DNA from: Sulfolobales archaeon
Lineage (GTDB): Archaea > Thermoproteota > Thermoprotei_A > Sulfolobales > NBVN01
Length of the DNA: 64,000 nt
Direction of reading: 5' to 3'
NCBI GenBank assembly: GCA_038831135.1
Contig: JAWBKW010000002.1
Coordinates: forward strand, 27,214-91,213
Shown here one piece after another: positions 59,059-64,000 of this stretch. The position numbers and the translations under genes were made by a program. Position 1 is the stretch's first letter. The number at the start of each line of letters is the position of its first letter. The notes beneath the pieces are model-generated. The model saw only the letters and a list, made by a program, of their open reading frames with translations. It was not told where the DNA came from and searched no databases.

Positions 59059-59445
59059 ATGGTGGATTGTATTAAGGCTGTAGTTAAAATAGATAATAAG
59101 GGTAGGGTAACTATACCGCAGCATATAAGGGAACCCCTAGGTATAGGTTTAGGTATGTATTTTGAGGTCGTCGCGGATTTAAAGAACAGGCAAGTAGTTC
59201 TAAAACCTTTGTTTAAGGGTAGGACTGAGGGTCTAGTCGTTGAAGTTAAAGTAATGTTGGAAGATCTTAAAGAATTAGGAGACTTAATTAAAACATGTGT
59301 AGGAGGCGGATACGACATAATATCTTTGAACTGCATATATGGGGAAAAGCATGAATGCGTATTAAATATATATGCCATAGACGATGTTCAGGTAAATAAG
59401 TTGAAGGAATTGCTAGAAAAGTACGCAGTATCTATCAACTTCTAA
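59059..59445 (+). CDS. AbrB/SpoVT-family DNA-binding protein with extra C-terminal domain
   Basis: 128 aa. The N-terminal VKIDNKGRVTIPQHIREPLGIGLGMYFEV is the swapped-hairpin AbrB motif. Confidence 0.6.
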   Translation: MVDCIKAVVKIDNKGRVTIPQHIREPLGIGLGMYFEVVADLKNRQVVLKPLFKGRTEGLVVEVKVMLEDLKELGDLIKTCVGGGYDIISLNCIYGEKHECVLNIYAIDDVQVNKLKELLEKYAVSINF

Positions 59446-59544
59446 TAATCTTAGGTAAACTATTTTTAATTAATGTTAGGTAAGCATCCTCCCATTAACA
59501 TATTTATATTTACTCAGTATTTCATAAATCGGTGACTAAGTCAT

Positions 59545-60756
59545 ATGTATTCAGTGTATAAGTTAATTTCAACTCCGACGTTCTTCTTTATGCCTAAGAG
59601 GATAGTGTTTGAAGTCAACGGCGCATTAAAGCTAAGTAATGAGCTCCAATTACTTGGTGTAGGAAAAGGTTCTAAGATCTTCTTAGTCCTAGATCCTGCT
59701 ATTAAGGGGTTAGAACACCCTATTAAGACTGTTAAGAGTTTAGAGGAAAACGGTTATGTAGTTGACGTGTACACTGATGTTGAATATGAGCCGAGCATAG
59801 ATTGTTTGAAGAGAGCGGTTAGTTATGTAAGGAAGGACGACTTCAAAGCTGTTATAGGTATTGGAGGCGGCTCTACATTAGATATAGCTAAAGTTAGTGC
59901 CGCTGCTAAGGATAACCCCGGCAGAGATGTTGAGGAGTTCATCGGGATGGATAAAATACCTAAGAGGTTAACTCCCGTGATTGCCTTACCAACAACTGCA
60001 GGTACTGCTTCTGAAGTAAGCCGTTTCACAGTATTTACTAGGGGTGTAGGTAAGGTAGGAATCAACGGATATAGTGTGCTCCCAGACATAGCTGTAGTTG
60101 ATCCCGTATTCACATATACGTTACCGCCGAAAGTAACTGCAGGCACAGGTCTTGACGCGTTAAGTCATGCGGTAGAAGGTATGATATCGCTTGACGCGAC
60201 CCCGATGTCGGACGCGTTAGGTCTAGTCACAGTAGAGCTTGTGTTTAAGTACTTGAGGAGGGCCTACTATAGAGGTAGCGATGTTGAGGCAAGGTACTTT
60301 ATGTCATTAGCAGCTACATCTGCTGGTGCGCCGTTAAACATTGGAAGGGCTGTGTTAGGCCATAGTATTTCACAAACCTTCGGACCCCAGTATAAAGTTC
60401 ATCATGGAACAGCATGTGGTATGGTGCTACCGTATATAATGGAGTTTTACTTACTAGCTGTGCCGGAGAAGTTAGCAGCAATGGCTAAGGCCGCAGGTAT
60501 AGACACCTCCGGGTTGAAAGTAAAGGAGGCGGCTGAGGAAGTTATCAAGGCTACCTGGAAATTAGTAGAAGACTTAGATGTACCACTAAGCCTCAGAGAT
60601 ATAGGGATTTCGAAATCGGAGGTAGAAACCATAGCAGAAAGAAGTGTTAAAGAATGGCCTAGACCTAACAGTCCTATAGAGCTTACTAAGGAGAGAGTTA
60701 CGAAAGTGGTTGAAGCAATGTATGAAGGAAGATTAATGAAGATTAAAGTATATTAA
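59545..60756 (+). CDS. iron-containing (group III) alcohol dehydrogenase
   Basis: 403 aa. GIGGGSTLDIAK and ALPTTAGTASE motifs plus a His-rich metal site (LSHAVEG ... HGTACG). The start may be the MPKRIVFE Met. Confidence 0.8.
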   Translation: MYSVYKLISTPTFFFMPKRIVFEVNGALKLSNELQLLGVGKGSKIFLVLDPAIKGLEHPIKTVKSLEENGYVVDVYTDVEYEPSIDCLKRAVSYVRKDDFKAVIGIGGGSTLDIAKVSAAAKDNPGRDVEEFIGMDKIPKRLTPVIALPTTAGTASEVSRFTVFTRGVGKVGINGYSVLPDIAVVDPVFTYTLPPKVTAGTGLDALSHAVEGMISLDATPMSDALGLVTVELVFKYLRRAYYRGSDVEARYFMSLAATSAGAPLNIGRAVLGHSISQTFGPQYKVHHGTACGMVLPYIMEFYLLAVPEKLAAMAKAAGIDTSGLKVKEAAEEVIKATWKLVEDLDVPLSLRDIGISKSEVETIAERSVKEWPRPNSPIELTKERVTKVVEAMYEGRLMKIKVY

Positions 60757-60921
60757 GAAAGTACTTCCTCACCAAACAATAAACATAAATGATTTTTACT
60801 TCGTAAATCTTTCACCTAACTCAAATACTTAATAACTCATGGACGTGATTTAAAGCATTGCTATTGATTATTGAGATAAAAATCTTTTCTTAATCTTTTT
60901 ATTAATAGTTATAATTTAATG

Positions 60922-61149
60922 CTAACTTGTTGATATTGAGAATGTTGGGCATGAATTCTTAGCTGTCTCTACGCAATCCTTTAACGATTCATCTACATTT
61001 CCTTCCGTAGCCTTCCCCTCTACTCTGTATTGACTCACTACTTGGGACTTACCATCTTCTCCAGCCTCAAATACCTGCGGACAGAGCGAATAACAGACAC
61101 CACATGCTATACATGTATCTTGATTTATGCTTAATTTTAGGGATGCCAT
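60922..61149 (-). CDS. small single-cluster ferredoxin
   Basis: 75 aa. CIACGVCYSLCP plus a distal CP. Confidence 0.75.
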   Translation of the reverse strand: MASLKLSINQDTCIACGVCYSLCPQVFEAGEDGKSQVVSQYRVEGKATEGNVDESLKDCVETAKNSCPTFSISTS

Positions 61150-61255
61150 ACCAAACTACCTCAAATTACTAGATGAGTTAGGTAAAATAAATTTTATCTC
61201 TATTTAGCTAAAACACTCTAAAATTTAAAAGGTGTAATTATTAAATACTTAGTTA

Positions 61256-61332
61256 GGGCCCGTAGCTCAGCCAGGTAGAGCGCCGGGCTCATAACCCGGT
61301 GGTCCGGGGTTCGAATCCCCGCGGGCCCACCA
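61256..61332 (+). tRNA. tRNA with CAT anticodon (elongator Met or Ile2), CCA encoded
   Basis: Acceptor GGGCCCG/CGGGCCC, anticodon loop CTCATAA. G1:C72 argues against an initiator. Confidence 0.85.
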
Positions 61333-61335
61333 ATA

Positions 61336-62250
61336 TTAAGTCGTTGATACGATAAGTCTGATCTTCTCAAGCAATTTTAGGGAATCCTCAGCAAATAAGT
61401 ATATTAAGTGTTCAAATCCTGGAGGACCCAGATCTATTATTGCGTCTGGGTAGGACTTCAGCTTCCTCAATTCTCTAGAGATCAACTCAATTACTGTTTC
61501 TATAGTTCTGTTCTCGTAAGGATCTAACCTTACGGTATTCAAATTAAGTTTACTTAAGGAGTTTTCTAGTTCCTTGGAGTACCTTATATTTGCTGCACTT
61601 TTAATGTTGGGGAAGTACTTCATCACCTCTAAAAGTACTGAAGCCATGAACCTACTACTTCCGTAGGTTGGTTGTGAGACAGCTTTAACTGTATTAAATA
61701 CCTTAACTATACGTCCAGGTATTCCGGCAACTTCGTAAATAGTCTTCGCATTAGGTCTGGCCTCAACTATGTTCATCCCAACTTCAGGAACTAATGTATG
61801 GGCATCACGCATAGTCTCTAAGGTTTCTAGAGCATATTTAACTCTCTGAATGATTTCGTCATTAACACCAGGTGTTAAGTAATAACATATGTTGCAATTT
61901 GACAGTCCACGAACTAATTTTCGATGCGCATTACATAATTTACCATCTTTAAGTTTAGTTAGTAGGAATATAGTTAGGTATGATGTGGCATCACCCAATC
62001 TCCTACCTACGATATAGTTGGTAACAACTTCAATAACATCTTTCACCTCAGCCTCATCAAGACCTAATTCCTTAAGTCTTATTAAGTAGTAATTTCGGTT
62101 CTTAGAAAGGTATTTAGATATTAATGCCTGAGACACGTATAACGTCTTAGCCACCTGTCTCTGGCTTAAACCCTTATCACTTAGGTTCCAAGCAACTAAT
62201 GCTTTAATATAGGGTAATACGTTATTCACTACGTCAAATGGTGTTGACAA
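61336..62250 (-). CDS. HTH + ThiN-like domain protein (ThiR-type thiamine regulator candidate)
   Basis: 304 aa. N-terminal HTH (LSQRQVAKTLYVSQALISKYLS). C-terminal ThiN-like region (VPEVGMNIVEA...VAGIPGRIVKV...YGSSRFMASVLLE). Confidence 0.55.
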   Translation of the reverse strand: MSTPFDVVNNVLPYIKALVAWNLSDKGLSQRQVAKTLYVSQALISKYLSKNRNYYLIRLKELGLDEAEVKDVIEVVTNYIVGRRLGDATSYLTIFLLTKLKDGKLCNAHRKLVRGLSNCNICYYLTPGVNDEIIQRVKYALETLETMRDAHTLVPEVGMNIVEARPNAKTIYEVAGIPGRIVKVFNTVKAVSQPTYGSSRFMASVLLEVMKYFPNIKSAANIRYSKELENSLSKLNLNTVRLDPYENRTIETVIELISRELRKLKSYPDAIIDLGPPGFEHLIYLFAEDSLKLLEKIRLIVSTT

Positions 62251-62278
62251 TTACAACACCGAGTTCTGTTAAAGTTAA

Positions 62279-63199
62279 TTATTGAGGAACATCAATCTTT
62301 AAGTAAGTGGTTAGTTCTTTATATCTATTCCTAACAGTTACTTCGGTGACTCCAGCTACCTGAGCTACATCTTTTTGGGTCCTTCTTTCATCAAGCATCT
62401 GAGCAGCTATGTAGACAGCAGCAGCTGCTAGCCCTGCAGGGTCCTTACCAGCCGTTAAACCCGACTCCTTAGCCTCTTCTATTAAGTCTGTAGCCTTCTT
62501 GACTACACTACCGCTTAACCCTAGGGCTGAAGCAATCCTAGGAACGAAATCAGCAGGATCAGAGATAGGTATCTTTATGCCTAGCTCTCTGACTAAGAGT
62601 CTATAACATCTGGCAACCTCCTTCTTACTTGTCTTAGTATACTGAGATATCTCATCTAAAGTTCTGGGTATTTTATAAACCCTACATGCAACGTATAATG
62701 CGGCGGCAACTATGGACTCTATTGCCCTACCTCTAACAGCTCCTTTCTCAACAGCCTTCCTATAGATAGACGCTGCATGCTCTTTAACAGCCCTAGGAAG
62801 ACCTAACTGATCAGCGATCCTCTCAAGTTCAGCAGCTGCTTGAGTTATATTCCTATCAATACTGTCCTGTATTCTAGTCCTAATCTGCCACTTCCTCCAC
62901 CTCATAACCTCTAACCTCCTCTTCAGCTCTAACCTCTTACCCATAGCGTCTCTATCTCTCCAATCAATAACTGTCGATAAACCTCCGTCATGGATGGTAG
63001 GCGATAAGGGCGAGCCGGTCCTACTCCTCTTATCCCTCTCCTCAGGTGTGAAAGCCCTCCACTCAGGGCCCTGATCTATGACCCTCTCTTCAATAACCTC
63101 ACCAGTATTTATACAAATATACTCACCCCTACTCTCATCGTAAATTATTTTATCAGGCGGACACTTAGAGTCTACAACCTTCTCAGGCATAAACCTCAC
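62279..63199 (-). CDS. tfb: transcription initiation factor B (TFB)
   Basis: 306 aa. N-terminal zinc ribbon, B-finger and two cyclin repeats. Confidence 0.95.
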   Translation of the reverse strand: MRFMPEKVVDSKCPPDKIIYDESRGEYICINTGEVIEERVIDQGPEWRAFTPEERDKRSRTGSPLSPTIHDGGLSTVIDWRDRDAMGKRLELKRRLEVMRWRKWQIRTRIQDSIDRNITQAAAELERIADQLGLPRAVKEHAASIYRKAVEKGAVRGRAIESIVAAALYVACRVYKIPRTLDEISQYTKTSKKEVARCYRLLVRELGIKIPISDPADFVPRIASALGLSGSVVKKATDLIEEAKESGLTAGKDPAGLAAAAVYIAAQMLDERRTQKDVAQVAGVTEVTVRNRYKELTTYLKIDVPQ

Positions 63200-63321
63200 C
63201 TCATATAAGTAACGTTTTTAAACTTTACTATCTACCTTTTTAAACTTTACGCTAAACCATTTATAAATCTTAATGAAAATAAGAAATACTTAAAAACACT
63301 TAACCTAAAAAATTACGGGGA

Positions 63322-63398
63322 GCCGCCGTAGCTCAGCCTGGTAGAGCGCCGGCCTTGTAAGCCGGAAGTCGCGGGTTCGAATCCCGCCGGCGGCTCCA
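63322..63398 (+). tRNA. tRNA-Thr (TGT), CCA encoded
   Basis: Acceptor GCCGCCG/CGGCGGC, anticodon loop CTTGTAA, T-arm GCGGGTTCGAATCCCGC, discriminator T. Confidence 0.9.
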
Positions 63399-63718
63399 AT
63401 TCTAAGTAATTTAGTAATTAAGCCTACCATATCGGTTTTAATCAACTTAATTCAACACCTATTACTGCTAAAGTGATTACGTATCCTTCCTCCGAAGTTT
63501 TACTGTGGTTTAGGGATATCTGCTAGAGTGCTGTAATGTCGATATATTCGTTACGGACCTTAGTTAATTTACATAAATAATATTCAGTAGGGGTTGAACA
63601 GCTTCCACATTAAGCGGGGTAGGTTAATATATTCAAGGTTGTCTTAGTCCTTAAAGATTGGAAGATGAGTAGCAGGGGTTCGAAAAGTCCAATATTGGTA
63701 TCGCATTATTTATGTTAT

Positions 63719-64000
63719 TCAGTAGTTGGATTTCAGGAGGTCCTTTCTGTTAATTATGTTGTTTAGAATCCTGTAAACGTATTCATCAATCATTACATCG
63801 TTATTACTTGCTATTATCTTAAGTCCTTCAAATGGGTTTATAGGCGGTTCTGGAAGACTCGGGTCAGGCTTCTCCCTACCGATATAAATCCATTTAATCT
63901 TGCCGTGGGATCCTTTAGTTATTCTGTACCAGTATCTTCCAAAGTAGAGATACTTCAGATTAGAGTCTTTCTTAACTATGAGATGTAGGGGTTTTAGGTA
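63719..64000 (-). CDS. C-terminal 93 aa of an unidentified protein (5' end outside the window)
   Basis: Hand-translated open frame running into the window edge. It reads ...KYLYFGRYWYRITKGSHGKIKWIYIGREKPDPSLPEPPINPF...RKDLLKSNY, with the stop at 63719-63721. No family recognised. Confidence 0.4.
   Translation of the reverse strand, partial: YLKPLHLIVKKDSNLKYLYFGRYWYRITKGSHGKIKWIYIGREKPDPSLPEPPINPFEGLKIIASNNDVMIDEYVYRILNNIINRKDLLKSNY

Overview
AT-rich archaeal chromosomal window, densely coding on both strands, with sharply GC-rich RNA genes. This pattern is typical of a hyperthermophile. The gene content points to a crenarchaeon (Thermoproteota): Cren7, unsplit RpoB with split RpoA'/A'', GatDE, thermosome, and intron-containing tRNAs. 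I cannot name the species. Most of the window is core information-processing. It holds RFC small and large subunits, Orc1/Cdc6, Nop5, topoisomerase IA, and the rpoH-rpoB-rpoA'-rpoA''-L30e-nusA-S12-S7 operon. It also holds rpoK, rpoP, TFB, aIF1/SUI1, ABCE1, tRNA-modification enzymes (TiaS, Tsr3, a TtuA/NcsA-like protein, Taw3), SAM synthetase, a proteasome beta subunit and endonuclease V. RNA genes are RNase P RNA, a second roughly 300-nt GC-rich structured RNA (possibly SRP RNA), five tRNAs (two with introns, one at a non-canonical position) and two or three candidate C/D box sRNAs. Six observations deserve follow-up. (1) The 466-bp gap at 1319-1784 carries four copies of a 22-nt ORB-like box around an AT-rich spacer. 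This is a candidate replication origin about 6.4 kb from orc1/cdc6. (2) A type IV pilus-like locus at 43.5-49.3 kb lies between two tRNA genes. It has a class III signal-peptide pilin, a FlaI/TadA-like ATPase, a split TadB/TadC-like platform, a Walker-A-degenerate KaiC/FlaH-like protein and predicted regulators. (3) A small-large-small membrane-protein operon at 33.1-34.9 kb mirrors the cedA1-cedA-cedA2 layout of the Ced DNA-import system. (4) An 87-nt purine-rich tandem repeat encodes a 28-aa Glu/Trp-only micro-ORF. (5) Conserved N-termini of nfi, rpoB and the TtuA-like gene lie upstream of any ATG/GTG/TTG, which suggests near-cognate starts. (6) A PP-loop-less paralog of the TtuA/NcsA-like thiolase is present. 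No CRISPR array, rRNA or clear mobile element was seen. All homology calls rest on motif recognition by eye. No database search was run.
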